Part shown: positions 1 through 9,604 of the stretch, one piece after another | Layout of the letters: each line of letters starts with the position of its first letter | How positions within the stretch are numbered: the first letter of the stretch is position 1 | DNA from: a virus | Virus record (IMG/VR): IMGVR_UViG_3300028835_001764 | Reading direction: 5' to 3' (one strand) | Length of the DNA stretch: 53,231 nucleotides | The notes under the pieces: generated by a model | The model's input: only the letters and a program-made list of their open reading frames with translations | The model's database searches: none | Told to the model about the DNA's origin: nothing | Position numbers and translations under genes: made by a program

Positions 1-449
1 AGCGGGTCAATATCGTGGTCTTGGAGCCATGCTGCGAACTGCGGGCCGAGTGTCTCTTCGGAGCAGGTCCAGGCGTCATCTGCGGGATCATTGGAGTCTA
101 ACTTACGAATGATCTCGGCATTACGCGCAAGTGCAAATGGCTGACCGTAAATGTAGGGCTGGCCGTCAATCGTGTCGTGAGGTCGAATATAGCGGTGAAA
201 TTGCGGCAACTGTTCGATTGGGGAGGACCAATTATCAATGACGGCCCCAAATTCCAAAATTTGACAGAAACTCGCATCCGTACCTGTCGTCTCTAAGTCG
301 ATAGATACGTATGGACGCCAACTTGTAATAGGCTCTTGGAGAAATTCATCGGGCCCGCCTATCCAACCGCACTGACAATTCGCTACAACAGTCGGGTACG
401 ATTGGATTTTTAATACGGTGCCGCATTTCGGACAATATCGCTGCGTCAT
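1..449 (-). CDS. DEDD-type 3'-5' exonuclease with N-terminal Zn-ribbon (3' end runs off the window start)
   Basis: Manual minus-strand translation from the ATG at 449..447 gives MTQRYCPKCG...CQCGW (Zn ribbon) followed by SIDLETTG (Exo I D-x-E motif). The frame is open to position 1. It is absent from the ORF track because no stop codon lies inside the window. Confidence 0.55.
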   Translation of the reverse strand, partial: MTQRYCPKCGTVLKIQSYPTVVANCQCGWIGGPDEFLQEPITSWRPYVSIDLETTGTDASFCQILEFGAVIDNWSSPIEQLPQFHRYIRPHDTIDGQPYIYGQPFALARNAEIIRKLDSNDPADDAWTCSEETLGPQFAAWLQDHDIDP

Positions 450-464
450 TGTTTCTCTCGATTG

Positions 465-803
465 TTAAAGGGTTAAATCTTCATCGGAATTTCCTCGAAT
501 CGCGTGAAAAAAATGAAGGATACTGTGGCGAGCATGGGATGCACGCGCACGAACGGCTTTGAGACTCTCATCATAATTTGCGCTGTTCTCAACAAGTTGT
601 TCAGCGAGCAATTCCATCCTACACACCTCTCGGAATAGAACAAGTAGCTGCGCAAAAGCAAGGTCAAGATCGGAGGGCGTAGGCGGCTTATTGCAAACTT
701 CTGATTTGTCGCCAAACCAATTACAAACAGCGCAAAGACGGCCATCGTCACTGATAGTTGTTTCAAGCGGATAGAAACACTTTGGGCAGAATTCAACAGT
801 CAT
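465..803 (-). CDS. hypothetical Zn-ribbon protein (CPKC...CAVC)
   Basis: The ORF is 465..896. An internal ATG at 803 overlaps the stop of the upstream gene in an ATGA junction. Two CxxC pairs are present. Confidence 0.4.
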   Translation of the reverse strand: MTVEFCPKCFYPLETTISDDGRLCAVCNWFGDKSEVCNKPPTPSDLDLAFAQLLVLFREVCRMELLAEQLVENSANYDESLKAVRARASHARHSILHFFHAIRGNSDEDLTL

Positions 804-805
804 CA

Positions 806-1108
806 TTCGCGTCCCGACCATTTTGTATCGAAATCTTGGCACGCAGAGTCGGGCGACGGACCGTGCCCTTGACACTCCCCGTGAGTTGCCACCCATCCGT
901 CCCCGTCGCGTGAGACTTGCACCCGCATCAAAACACTTGGACGAAGATTCTGTTTTGTGTGCTGAACAATAAGTTGCACATTTTCATGCGCAGCTTGAGC
1001 GATCAACAATTCGTGGGCCGCCTGCTTCTCTTTGTAGGCGCTGATTCGATGATACGCCTCGCATTGCTGTTGCGCGCCGAAGGCGAAGATGTCGTCAATG
1101 TTATTCAT
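806..1108 (-). CDS. hypothetical protein
   Basis: The 101-aa ORF has protein-like composition. Its start overlaps the stop of the upstream gene (ATGA). Confidence 0.35.
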
Positions 1109-1640
1109 TCAATCTCCTTTTACGAGGTCCCCGCCTCTTCCCTTTATCACTGCGCGTTTTTCGCTTCGTGAGTTTCGTGGGTTTCGTGGGTTTCGTGGGT
1201 TTCGTCGGTTTCGTGGGTTTCGTGGGTTTCATGGGTTCCTCGAATACACATATTTCGCTTTGTCTCCCAGGTCGAGTGTCCAGAAGTATCCTTGAGACAC
1301 GCCGGTCAAGTTTAGTCACGGCCCATTTCGGTACGGTCATCGGCTTGCGGCCGAACAGTTCCAAAATGGCGCGGGCGCTTGTACATTCTGTAGCTTGATT
1401 CCACAATTGTCGATGGAGCTTGCACGCCTGTGCGGCAGCTTTTATCGTTTTGAAAAGCCGCTTGTTGCGATCTACAAAGTCCCACATTCCAGTGCTAGTC
1501 AGAATGCAAGCTTGAAAAGCTTGCGGTACGGAGACGCCGAAAACTTCTCTTCGCCAAATGATACGATAGCCATCGGCGCTAAGCCAAAGACGACGGGTCT
1601 TTTGATCAAAGCCTTTTTTCTTCTGGCGTTTGAATTCCAC
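1101..1640 (-). CDS. hypothetical protein with (PTK)n repeat and basic C-terminal tail
   Basis: The 179-aa ORF carries PTKPTKPTKPTKPTKPTKLTK encoded by a 9-bp tandem repeat, followed by a K/R-rich tail. Confidence 0.4.
   Translation of the reverse strand: MEFKRQKKKGFDQKTRRLWLSADGYRIIWRREVFGVSVPQAFQACILTSTGMWDFVDRNKRLFKTIKAAAQACKLHRQLWNQATECTSARAILELFGRKPMTVPKWAVTKLDRRVSRILLDTRPGRQSEICVFEEPMKPTKPTKPTKPTKPTKPTKLTKRKTRSDKGKRRGPRKRRLNE
1173..1235. repeat. 7 x 9-bp tandem repeat GTTTCGTGG (encodes the PTK repeat on the minus strand)
   Basis: Seen directly in the sequence: gtttcgtgg x7, with two single-base variants. Confidence 0.9.
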
Positions 1641-2674
1641 GTTTCTCTCGACAATCTTCGACAGTGATCTCGTCGGAGACTATTGTGATGTTGAGTCCAA
1701 GTTGGTCGCGACTCATAATTTGCACGTAGTCATCATGTCCGTCGCGCGTTTTTGCAATTTGGATGTGAATCGGACCCATTTAAGTATACCTTACAAAAAG
1801 CGTTTGTCAAGGTAATCTTCACACCAGAATTTCCGGTGTGATCTGACCGGGACGAATAACGACAGTGTTGGTGAGGTTGGTTAGCTTCACTCGGCGGCCA
1901 TCGGGATTCGATCCATGAATCGCATCACTCTCAATTTTGGCGACGGTGATTCGGCTTAACCACATACGCGAGCCCTTGCGGACTGGGTAGACTAAAACAT
2001 CGTTGACTTCGATAGTACGGCCTAGAATGTCAATCGGGTTCATTTGGTATCTCCTCAATGGATTCAAAAGGAACAATGGCAGGAGTCAGTTCTGTCTGTT
2101 CACGCATCCCTGCCTTCAAATCGCGAAAACAGTCTCGAAAGTTTTTGACCTCGTTGAGCCGAACTTGTAATTCGGCATCTGGCTTCGCATCTGCCATGAT
2201 ACAAGCCTGCATTCCAGCCCAAAACTTGGGGTGGATACCGTAATTCACAAAAGCCTCTTCAAATGTCATTTTGTGGCTCCAGCTTTAAGTTTTGGCGGCT
2301 TTATCTTTTGCCATGAGGTCGCGGTAAAATTTGATCAAGTCACAAGCTCTCTTGAACACAACGTAGCTTTTACCGTCAATTACCATTTCAACCGCAGCCC
2401 CACTGATAAACTCCGGGCACGGCCCGAGGCGCTCCCACGATGCCAAGTTTTCAATTGGACCTTGGCGGAGAACTTTCCGCAACTGTTGTGTGGTCTTGAT
2501 TAGCATCGGGAGTTTCATCAGGTTGCTCCAGCTTCAAGTCGCGTTTGATCTTGCGAAGTATTTCTTTCTCCGTGTCGTCGAGTAACGGTGCAATCTTTAA
2601 CCGATTGTAGACCTGTTGTGCTTCTTTGGTAGAAAGAATCACAATTGCGCTCCCGTTGATGTCTGTGCTTGGCA

Positions 2675-3427
2675 TTATAGTCTCCACTGCCCGTCATCGT
2701 CAACACACGCCATTCTGTGCTCGGCTGCAATGTGCGTGCAATAGCCTGAGTCAATCTCAACTAAAGTACAGGCGCGGTCGATTTGACGGCAGACTCGAAG
2801 CGTAGTTCCTGTACCGCCAAACGGATCAAGGATATGCTCACCCGGAGCCGTGGTGAGTTTGATGCACCGTTCAACAAGTCCTTCATTAAGTTGCGTGGGA
2901 TGCCATTTCCGCCGCTGCTTGGAGTTGCCAGTAACACGGGTAAAGTCGAAAACATCACCCGGTACGCGACCCCGGGGGTCCGCCCGCTTGTCGCCATGCT
3001 CCTGACGCCATGATTGAATACGAATTGCATCGGGGTACAGCGGACAATCGCACCATCTGATACGAATCAGCGGTCGGTGATTGTTGCCAAGGTCACTATG
3101 ATTGTGCTGACCGAAGCTAAACACCTGAACACACGGCTTGACATCAATGTTTTTGCCGTAGTAGCCTTCAAGTTCAGTGACGATGCGACCGACCTGAGAC
3201 CACCACTTGGCGTTGTAGCTGAACCACACACAACGAGAGTGTTTGACAAACAGCCAAAGCCACTTGCGGAGCAAGTCAATGTAATCGCTCCCTGGTAGCT
3301 TATCGTTGTAGTCGTTGTACTTCAAACCGAGATTGTCTGGAGGATCAGCGAAAATTGTATCCCACCGCCGGGTATTATTTTTGAGCCAAACAACACAGTT
3401 ATCACAGTAGAGTTCGTATCGGTTCAT
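2675..3427 (-). CDS. DNA methyltransferase (N6-adenine/N4-cytosine, N6_N4_Mtase family)
   Basis: Motifs FADPPDN (a DPPY-like motif IV) and DPFGGTGTT (the AdoMet-binding motif I) are present. The likely start is MNRYELYCDNC at 3427, which overlaps the stop of the HNH gene. Confidence 0.8.
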   Translation of the reverse strand: MNRYELYCDNCVVWLKNNTRRWDTIFADPPDNLGLKYNDYNDKLPGSDYIDLLRKWLWLFVKHSRCVWFSYNAKWWSQVGRIVTELEGYYGKNIDVKPCVQVFSFGQHNHSDLGNNHRPLIRIRWCDCPLYPDAIRIQSWRQEHGDKRADPRGRVPGDVFDFTRVTGNSKQRRKWHPTQLNEGLVERCIKLTTAPGEHILDPFGGTGTTLRVCRQIDRACTLVEIDSGYCTHIAAEHRMACVDDDGQWRL

Positions 3428-3987
3428 TTCAATCCCAATTCTTGTGCTCGTTTTGAGCAATCTGGACACTGGCCGGTTTTCCAAAGTGGGCAAAGTTTGG
3501 TCTTGTCGTATTGGTACTCGCCAAAGTATTTGATCTCGGCTTTACGGCGAACAGCAATGGCCCTGTCCTTATTCATGTCATCATAGTAGCCGAGGTGTAT
3601 CCATTTTCCGTTGACTTTGATGTAAGCCCGCCATTTACCGCAATCTTTTTTCCAATTTACACCTGTAACTCCTGACGTGTTGTTTGATTTGAGTCCTTCA
3701 TTGGCCTTCTGTTCACCCGAAGTAGCAAGTCGAAGATTCACTTTTCGATTGTCACAGCCACATGTGTCGATGTGATCGACTTGTTTTCCACGCTTCCACT
3801 GTTTGTGGTGCTGTATAATGGCAACGTGCATCAGAATTAGTGGTCGTTTTGGTTTAGAATTATCATGCCGCTCAGCGTAGCCAGTCTTCCCTCTACGAGC
3901 ATAATTCCATTTCCACTTCGACAGCCACTTGAAATCTTCATTGTCAACAATGGCTACTCGACCTTGAGTCAATTCGATCAGTTTCAT
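3424..3987 (-). CDS. HNH endonuclease with AP2 DNA-binding domain (homing-endonuclease-like), copy 1
   Basis: HVAII...VDHIDTCGCDNRKVNLRLAT matches the HNH_3 family. SGVTGVNWKKDCGKWRAYIKVNGKWIHLGYY matches an AP2 domain. A paralog lies at 25376..25933. Confidence 0.8.
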   Translation of the reverse strand: MKLIELTQGRVAIVDNEDFKWLSKWKWNYARRGKTGYAERHDNSKPKRPLILMHVAIIQHHKQWKRGKQVDHIDTCGCDNRKVNLRLATSGEQKANEGLKSNNTSGVTGVNWKKDCGKWRAYIKVNGKWIHLGYYDDMNKDRAIAVRRKAEIKYFGEYQYDKTKLCPLWKTGQCPDCSKRAQELGLK

Positions 3988-4184
3988 CGTCGCACTCGTC
4001 CCCGATTCAATCGGGCTGATCCGGGTTCGTGTTTCGTCTGAATCAAAATGCGGCCTGGGCTGAACATTCGCGCTGCACGTTTTGCCCTACACTTTGGGCA
4101 TTTAAGCAAGTCTGTCAATCCGGCGGGTTTGATTTCTTCAAACTCATGTTCGCACGCCCGACATTTGTAGTCGTACATTGGCAT
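3984..4184 (-). CDS. FmdB-family zinc-ribbon protein
   Basis: MPMYDYKCRACEHEFE...CPKC is the typical FmdB/CxxC-x17-CxxC motif. Confidence 0.6.
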   Translation of the reverse strand: MPMYDYKCRACEHEFEEIKPAGLTDLLKCPKCRAKRAARMFSPGRILIQTKHEPGSARLNRGRVRR

Positions 4185-4186
4185 AA

Positions 4187-4429
4187 TTAGAGCCTCAAAC
4201 AGGCGGTGTGATATTCGTAATCGTCGAGTGCCTTTTTAACTTCCGAAGGGCAGTTGGTATGCAGCAGCATTTTTCCTGCCAACTCGAAAGCGGCCTGAAA
4301 AAGTGTTTTACCGGCACCGTGCATCCTTGGTCGATATTTGGAAGTCACAATCGCATAATTCGGTTTCACGGTACACACAATACCGTCATCGACTTTTGCC
4401 AAAGCATCTAGTAGTTCAGCAGTTCGCAT
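4187..4429 (-). CDS. hypothetical protein
   Basis: The ORF is 4187..4525. The plausible start is an internal Met just downstream of the methylase stop. Confidence 0.3.
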   Translation of the reverse strand: MRTAELLDALAKVDDGIVCTVKPNYAIVTSKYRPRMHGAGKTLFQAAFELAGKMLLHTNCPSEVKKALDDYEYHTACLRL

Positions 4430-5141
4430 TGATTCTCTCGTTGGCAAGTCGGCAGTATTTGGCATTGAGTTCAATGCCGATGAATTGTCTGCCCGTATTG
4501 AGACAGGCGATTGCGGTTGTACCACTACCGATACAATTATCGAGCACGACTGCGCCTTCGTCAGTGAACGATCGAATCAGAAACTCGAATAGTTCAACCG
4601 GCTTCTGGTTGGGGTGGACTTTGATTCCGCTGTCATTATTGACAACTGAGATGTCAATGACAGAGGTAGGATGCCGATCCGTTTGGCCGCCGCCGCTAAT
4701 ACGTTTCGTCTGCCCGTAGTTGGTCCCGTCGCTCGTATGCTTTGTGAATGAATGAACTGGCTTATGACCACGTGATTTCTGCGGGTGATAAACCGGCAGG
4801 CGGCGATAGAAAACAAGAATGATTTCGTGTTGCCGGAGAGGCATCCTGTTGGCATTGAGAAACCCTGTTGACTTGTTCTTCCGCCAAATCAAGTCGTAGC
4901 GAAACATCGCGGGATTCGACATAACCAACTGTGCAGCAAAAGGCTGTGTAGCGGTCAGCACAATAGCCGCATTTCGTTTTGTTACACGCCGATACTCGTC
5001 CCACAGCCGATCAAATGGGATCACCCGATCCCATGCGTTCTGTGTGACGCCGTAGGGCAGGTCAGCCAATACCATATCGACGCTCTCATCCTGGAGCGTC
5101 GGCATGATGTCAAGACAGTCACCGTAAAGAATCTGGTTCAC
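4416..5141 (-). CDS. DNA N6-adenine methyltransferase (Dam-like, phage type)
   Basis: Motifs ADLPYG (DPPY), HPNQKPVEL and DNCIGSGTT are present. Confidence 0.85.
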   Translation of the reverse strand: MNQILYGDCLDIMPTLQDESVDMVLADLPYGVTQNAWDRVIPFDRLWDEYRRVTKRNAAIVLTATQPFAAQLVMSNPAMFRYDLIWRKNKSTGFLNANRMPLRQHEIILVFYRRLPVYHPQKSRGHKPVHSFTKHTSDGTNYGQTKRISGGGQTDRHPTSVIDISVVNNDSGIKVHPNQKPVELFEFLIRSFTDEGAVVLDNCIGSGTTAIACLNTGRQFIGIELNAKYCRLANERINANC

Positions 5142-5824
5142 CGATTATCTCCGTCGCCTTTGATAGTGCCACGCTCCTTGCGGCCGAACAAGTTGACCAT
5201 GTTTGCACGGGCAACACTAGACAGATTGCAGCCCATTGTCGTTGCTACTTCAGCTAGATACCAGAGGCAGTCACCGAGTTCCTTGAGAATTGCTGCGCGC
5301 CGCTTTTCACTGGGAACCCCACCATCATCCCGACCAATCTTCTTGATTTGGTTTGCCACTTTACCGGCCGACCCCGCCAGTTTGAGAGCAACAAAAACTT
5401 GCTCCAACATTTGGCCCAACTTCTCAACAGTCTCCCCCACTTCTCCAGTCAGACCTAGACCGGCGTACATCGCAGCGCTTTCGGATGGATAGCAGGAGAG
5501 GCTGTGGGCGGCCTGTTGGTAGGTATCGAAGCCAACCAACTCACTGGGTCCTGGAGCACCATCCGTGATGGGAACTTCAACATACTCGTAGTCCCAATCC
5601 TCGTATTCGCATCCACGGCGACTTTCAAGGATAATTTCAATGGCTTTTTCGTCGCCCGCACGAGCTTTCTCTAATAGCTCCTCCTCATCAACCTCATAGT
5701 AACCTTGCTCATCGAGCATGTTAAAGAGGTCCTCGCGTGCTTGAGCAGCGCGGGTTGGAGTATCGGCGAGCCAAAAGGAATCGCCTTGCTTACCGTGGTG
5801 AATGAGAATTCGTAATGCGGCCAT
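5138..5824 (-). CDS. mazG: MazG-like nucleoside triphosphate pyrophosphohydrolase
   Basis: The C-terminal GDCLWYLAEVATTMGCNLSSVARANMVNLFGRKERGT is a canonical MazG helix and motif. Confidence 0.7.
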   Translation of the reverse strand: MAALRILIHHGKQGDSFWLADTPTRAAQAREDLFNMLDEQGYYEVDEEELLEKARAGDEKAIEIILESRRGCEYEDWDYEYVEVPITDGAPGPSELVGFDTYQQAAHSLSCYPSESAAMYAGLGLTGEVGETVEKLGQMLEQVFVALKLAGSAGKVANQIKKIGRDDGGVPSEKRRAAILKELGDCLWYLAEVATTMGCNLSSVARANMVNLFGRKERGTIKGDGDNR

Positions 5825-6411
5825 TAGTTCTCTCTCCCTGGAAAATAAAACTTTTTCAACTGATGGGTAATGTGTGGTACGGGGTTATGGTGCCGATACG
5901 AATTCCATGGTCGCGGAACTGTAATTGCATCCCCGCCATGGGCGCGAAAAAGCCCGATGTTTATCCAATTGTCGTCAATCAAGAGTGTATCGGGTTTTGC
6001 CAAAAGGTTCTTGTGCGGTGTAATGAAAAACTGTCGATGAAGCCAACGCGGGCAGTGCGCATGAATCCATTCCAATTTACCTGCTACACACTGGGGCGTA
6101 CTTATTGGCGTAGTTGCCAGGTAGACGTTTCTCTCACCAACTAACGAACGGCACTTTTCAATTAGCCAGTGGCAGAAATTGGATACGGGTATAGTGGCCC
6201 ACATCTGCTGGGTGAAACTATTCCAAAATGACTCGAAATCATACGCATGGGTACCCAGCAAAAAATTCGCTGCTTCATGCGCGTTGTAGCCAAATTCTTG
6301 TGGAAAGTTAGCGTAGTCACTTGGACCAATGTCGCAGCCAACCGCATTCAGCACACAAGGCGCTAAAGTGTTGAGTACGTCATCAAGGTCTAAGATAATG
6401 GTGTTGATCAT
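5824..6411 (-). CDS. HAD-superfamily 5'(3')-deoxyribonucleotidase
   Basis: The N-terminal ILDLDDVL is the HAD motif I (DxDx[TV]). A downstream LIDDN motif and a ~195-aa size fit the NT5C-like family. Confidence 0.55.
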   Translation of the reverse strand: MINTIILDLDDVLNTLAPCVLNAVGCDIGPSDYANFPQEFGYNAHEAANFLLGTHAYDFESFWNSFTQQMWATIPVSNFCHWLIEKCRSLVGERNVYLATTPISTPQCVAGKLEWIHAHCPRWLHRQFFITPHKNLLAKPDTLLIDDNWINIGLFRAHGGDAITVPRPWNSYRHHNPVPHITHQLKKFYFPGREN

Positions 6412-6632
6412 TTGCCCGCTCTCGGAGTTGAGAATGGTTTAAGTGCGAATGTAATCGTTGGTACAAGCTCACCCTCTTCAGGCAAACGATCTGGGTCCAC
6501 GTAGCTTAGGATCAGAAGACTACCAGTCGAGTCCATAGCTCCAATGGCCATTTTCTCGAAGAGCGCAGCAACATTCTCACCGGTGAAATCGGCGTTCCGA
6601 ATTGCCTCTATCGCAAATTTGTTGATCTTCAT
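6408..6632 (-). CDS. hypothetical protein
   Basis: The 74-aa ORF is co-oriented with its neighbours and its ends overlap them. Confidence 0.3.
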   Translation of the reverse strand: MKINKFAIEAIRNADFTGENVAALFEKMAIGAMDSTGSLLILSYVDPDRLPEEGELVPTITFALKPFSTPRAGK

Positions 6633-6635
6633 TGC

Positions 6636-7646
6636 TCAACCTCGATATGGGTCGCGGGTTGCATCAGCAAACCATTGATCAAGCTCGGAGCCGTCTCCTT
6701 CACACATGCTGGCACTCACGTCTTCAAGCAGCTTGCAGCGGTCCTCGCTATCTTCGCGACTTAATTCGGTGAAAAAGTGACCACTGTTTATGCGGTCCCA
6801 GGCTGTTTTAACACGCTCCAACAGTCCGAGTTGGTATTCCTTTTTGCAAAGCGCCCGGTGGCGGGCGAAGCGAAGCTGCGGCGGCTTCCCCTCCTCTTTG
6901 GAAGGTTTAGCAACAAACTCTTCGATACCTAGCACAATATTTTCGTCGCCCGGTGTTTCGTCAAGAAGCCAGCCATACAGGCAGAGTTGATCTGCATAGT
7001 TGCTGCTGCACGTCTCGAAATAACCCGCGTTGATCGTGAGTCCCCGGAACGATTTAGCAAGATACAAGCTGTGTTCTTTACCGTGGCTTCGATTTTGTTT
7101 TGGAGCCTCGAAACAATCGAGACAGATAGCGTAGCCTTTTGTCGGGCTGGTTGTATACTTAGAACAGTAACCACGCACCTTCCAGTCATAGATGCAGGGA
7201 ATCAAACCTTCACCAAAATCCAAAACAAGACGGCAATCCGGTTTACCTTGGAAAGGCACGCCGCCGATCAATCCTTTCACGGTAAACTCGAATCGCGGCG
7301 ACTCGACAGATTGGTGAAGCTCTTTGAGCAAATGACCGTAAGCCCCGCAGAAATTGTAGGCATCGAAAACATGCTTCCCAGCTTCCAAACCGAAGTCTCG
7401 ATTGTGCTCTTCCACTTGTGACACGAAAATAGCGTCAAACTCGTAACGTGGATCAGCCCCAGAACCAAACAAGGCAGCGTGCAAAGCAGCCTTCGCATAG
7501 GCATCAAATGCCGACCCGACCGCCATTGGCTGTGACTGCGGCTCTCGGGGCGGCCTTACTTCAGCCAGCCGTTGAGTATAGAAATCTTCTGGATTCTTTT
7601 CCAAAAGAGAAAGTGACGAGTAGCTAAGATACTCTGGTGTTCTCAT
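6636..7646 (-). CDS. PD-(D/E)XK nuclease (Cas4/RecB-like exonuclease fold)
   Basis: N-terminal YSSLSLLEKNPEDF, GKPDCRLVLD and IYDWKV motifs are present, with C-terminal cysteines. Confidence 0.5.
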   Translation of the reverse strand: MRTPEYLSYSSLSLLEKNPEDFYTQRLAEVRPPREPQSQPMAVGSAFDAYAKAALHAALFGSGADPRYEFDAIFVSQVEEHNRDFGLEAGKHVFDAYNFCGAYGHLLKELHQSVESPRFEFTVKGLIGGVPFQGKPDCRLVLDFGEGLIPCIYDWKVRGYCSKYTTSPTKGYAICLDCFEAPKQNRSHGKEHSLYLAKSFRGLTINAGYFETCSSNYADQLCLYGWLLDETPGDENIVLGIEEFVAKPSKEEGKPPQLRFARHRALCKKEYQLGLLERVKTAWDRINSGHFFTELSREDSEDRCKLLEDVSASMCEGDGSELDQWFADATRDPYRG

Positions 7647-7679
7647 GTTTCAACTCCCCATAAGTGCGATGTGTCCTAT

Positions 7680-8484
7680 CTACTTTTCCAATGCAGCTTT
7701 CCGCTTATCTATTGCTTCTTGCAACAGTTGAGACTTCCCTTGGCGGTGTGCTTCTACACACAATTGTTCTATCTGTGCGGGCTCCTCAATGGAGCCTATT
7801 GGCATCTGCTGCCTGATGCCGGCCTCCAAGAAAGCCCGGCGCACATTCTCTGGTAAAGCGGCAATAGCTTTAACCTGCTCCAAACAACATCGTTTCGCTT
7901 TCTTTCCGCTTCCACATGGGCAAGGCTGATTTCTTTTGATCTTGACCCCTGTGTTACGGTGAGGCCGAAGTCCACTCGGTTCTTTGACTTGCACCTTCCC
8001 ACCTTGGACCGCCCGCATTAAAGCCTTGATATTCCTCGGATTCGCTCCATGGAGCCCGTAGCCGGTAGACGAAACAAGGAAGTCAACGTCACAATCAATA
8101 CACAGTGCTGCCGCTGCTTCTAATTGGGGCATGGTAAAAAAACAGGATTCCAAAACAGCCTTGACTATTACGCCACGTGGTTGAGCAATGGCAACAATTC
8201 CAGTCAACTCTCGTACAACTATCATGTTGTCACCGTCAAGAAGACGACCATAATTGATCACCACATCCAACTCTGATACGCCGTCCTCAAGCAGAGCGGC
8301 GGCTTCCCTCCGTTTCTGAGTTGAGGTGCTAGTTCCGTGCGGAAAGCCAACTACCGCGCAAACTCGCGACAGTACGTATCCCCTCCTGTTGTGCCATATC
8401 ACACGCCCGAGCAATATCACTCACTCGTGTAGTCGGTCGGAGAACAGCCAGGTCGAGTGCATTTGCAATGTTGTACTTAGCCAT
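7680..8484 (-). pseudogene. deoC: deoxyribose-phosphate aldolase (DeoC)-like gene with C-terminal SEC-C motif, apparently frameshifted (N-terminal 8329..8484 and C-terminal 7680..8420 lie in different frames)
   Basis: The C-terminal ORF carries VCAVVGFPHG, DVVIN, VIVKAVLES, FLVSSTGYG (DeoC motifs) and then CPCGSGKKAKRCC (SEC-C). The N-terminal ORF (MAKYNIANALDLAVLRPTTRVSDIARAC...) follows a good RBS (AAGGGAG) and matches the DeoC N-terminus. The two overlap in different frames around a G4 run at 8381-8384. Confidence 0.5.
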
Positions 8485-9544
8485 TATCTTTAGCTCCCTT
8501 TCTATCGAGATAATCGGCCGACACGCTCTTGAGTACCACACGGCCAATGTCCGGGTGGTACATCTCAGTTAGGGGCGTGATGACGCAACCTTCTCGACCT
8601 TTGAATTTTGCTTTGATTTCGCTCCCGTTTCCAACCATCAAAGACGGGCCATTAGTCCATTTTTCAACAAGGTCTGGATCAAATGGCCCGATATAAATGG
8701 TTGGCACCAGTTGCAAACCATAGCCGATGCAAGTAGGATGGAGGTCGGCCCAACTCAGGTATCGACCGTTAATGGAAATATCGAAGACGCGGAAGCCGAT
8801 TTTCCCGCCCATGATACCATAGTCCATGTCCTGAACACTAGCGCCAAAAATTTCCCCGAAGATGATTGTATCGCCGTAGCGGCTAAGCTGCTGTAGAGCC
8901 GTCTGCACCCTCGCGTCACGGTTCAATGGCTCCCAGTATAGTGATGGTCGGCCATTGATATTCTCCTCTTTTTGCGCAGTGCGATGTGAACCGCAAACAA
9001 AACCATCCAAGCCGTCAATGTTGAGACTTCCGAGTCGGCAATTTGTTCCATGAATCTTCTCAGTTACCCGGACCCTAGTATTAAGTTCCAACACATGCGG
9101 ATAACGGTAGTAGTGCTCAATATGAGTGTAGCGCTGAAAATTTGGCGGTTCAGCCATGACATCACCCGTGGCTAACTTGATCGGCGGCTCGTATTTCACA
9201 GCGTGATAGTAGTCAGTCAAGTCAGTTTCCAGAACGCCATCCGGCACCGGAGCCACAAAACCATAAGACGGAATGCCACGCAGGCGACAGGCCGCTACAC
9301 GACATTGACATTTGTGGTCTTCCCAGAGCGCGTGTTTCAGGTACTTTTTGACACCCAGATTCTCGGCTACCTCGGGTGGCAACAGAATATCCGGCGGAAA
9401 GAAGACAACTTTATTACCTGATTGAAACTCACCTTTTCCAACGATAGTTTGGGTCCCTAAGATGTGTGCAATTTCCAGTCGATCCGCGTTTGGATGAACA
9501 TCAATTGAGTCGATGGTTTCGACAGTGATCCGTATAGTGCTCAT
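8477..9544 (-). CDS. ATP-dependent RNA ligase (Rnl-type nucleotidyltransferase) with N-terminal tRNA-binding-like OB domain
   Basis: EKIHGTN is nucleotidyltransferase motif I (KxxG). The N-terminal VHPNADRL...KGEFQSG resembles Myf/tRNA-binding-type OB folds. The 355-aa size fits Rnl-family ligases. Confidence 0.65.
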   Translation of the reverse strand: MSTIRITVETIDSIDVHPNADRLEIAHILGTQTIVGKGEFQSGNKVVFFPPDILLPPEVAENLGVKKYLKHALWEDHKCQCRVAACRLRGIPSYGFVAPVPDGVLETDLTDYYHAVKYEPPIKLATGDVMAEPPNFQRYTHIEHYYRYPHVLELNTRVRVTEKIHGTNCRLGSLNIDGLDGFVCGSHRTAQKEENINGRPSLYWEPLNRDARVQTALQQLSRYGDTIIFGEIFGASVQDMDYGIMGGKIGFRVFDISINGRYLSWADLHPTCIGYGLQLVPTIYIGPFDPDLVEKWTNGPSLMVGNGSEIKAKFKGREGCVITPLTEMYHPDIGRVVLKSVSADYLDRKGAKDNG

Positions 9545-9604
9545 GGTTTCAATCCTAGTTCTTTGTCTTGCGTCAATTCGATTAGTCGCATCGGCTGAGT
9601 CGTG

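Noticed and set aside
917-1398. Plus-strand ORFs 917..1171, 1089..1295 and 1168..1398 (FRGFRG / FVGFVG repeats)
   Set aside because: They are antisense to co-oriented minus-strand genes, and their products are translations of the 9-bp repeat.
6987-7421. A 144-aa plus-strand ORF within the PD-(D/E)XK nuclease gene
   Set aside because: It is antisense, has no RBS, and the opposing ORF has clear motifs.
8329-8420. Programmed ribosomal frameshift as the explanation for the split DeoC
   Set aside because: No slippery heptamer or pausing structure is evident. A single-base change in a G4 run restores the frame, so a sequencing error or pseudogenisation is more parsimonious.
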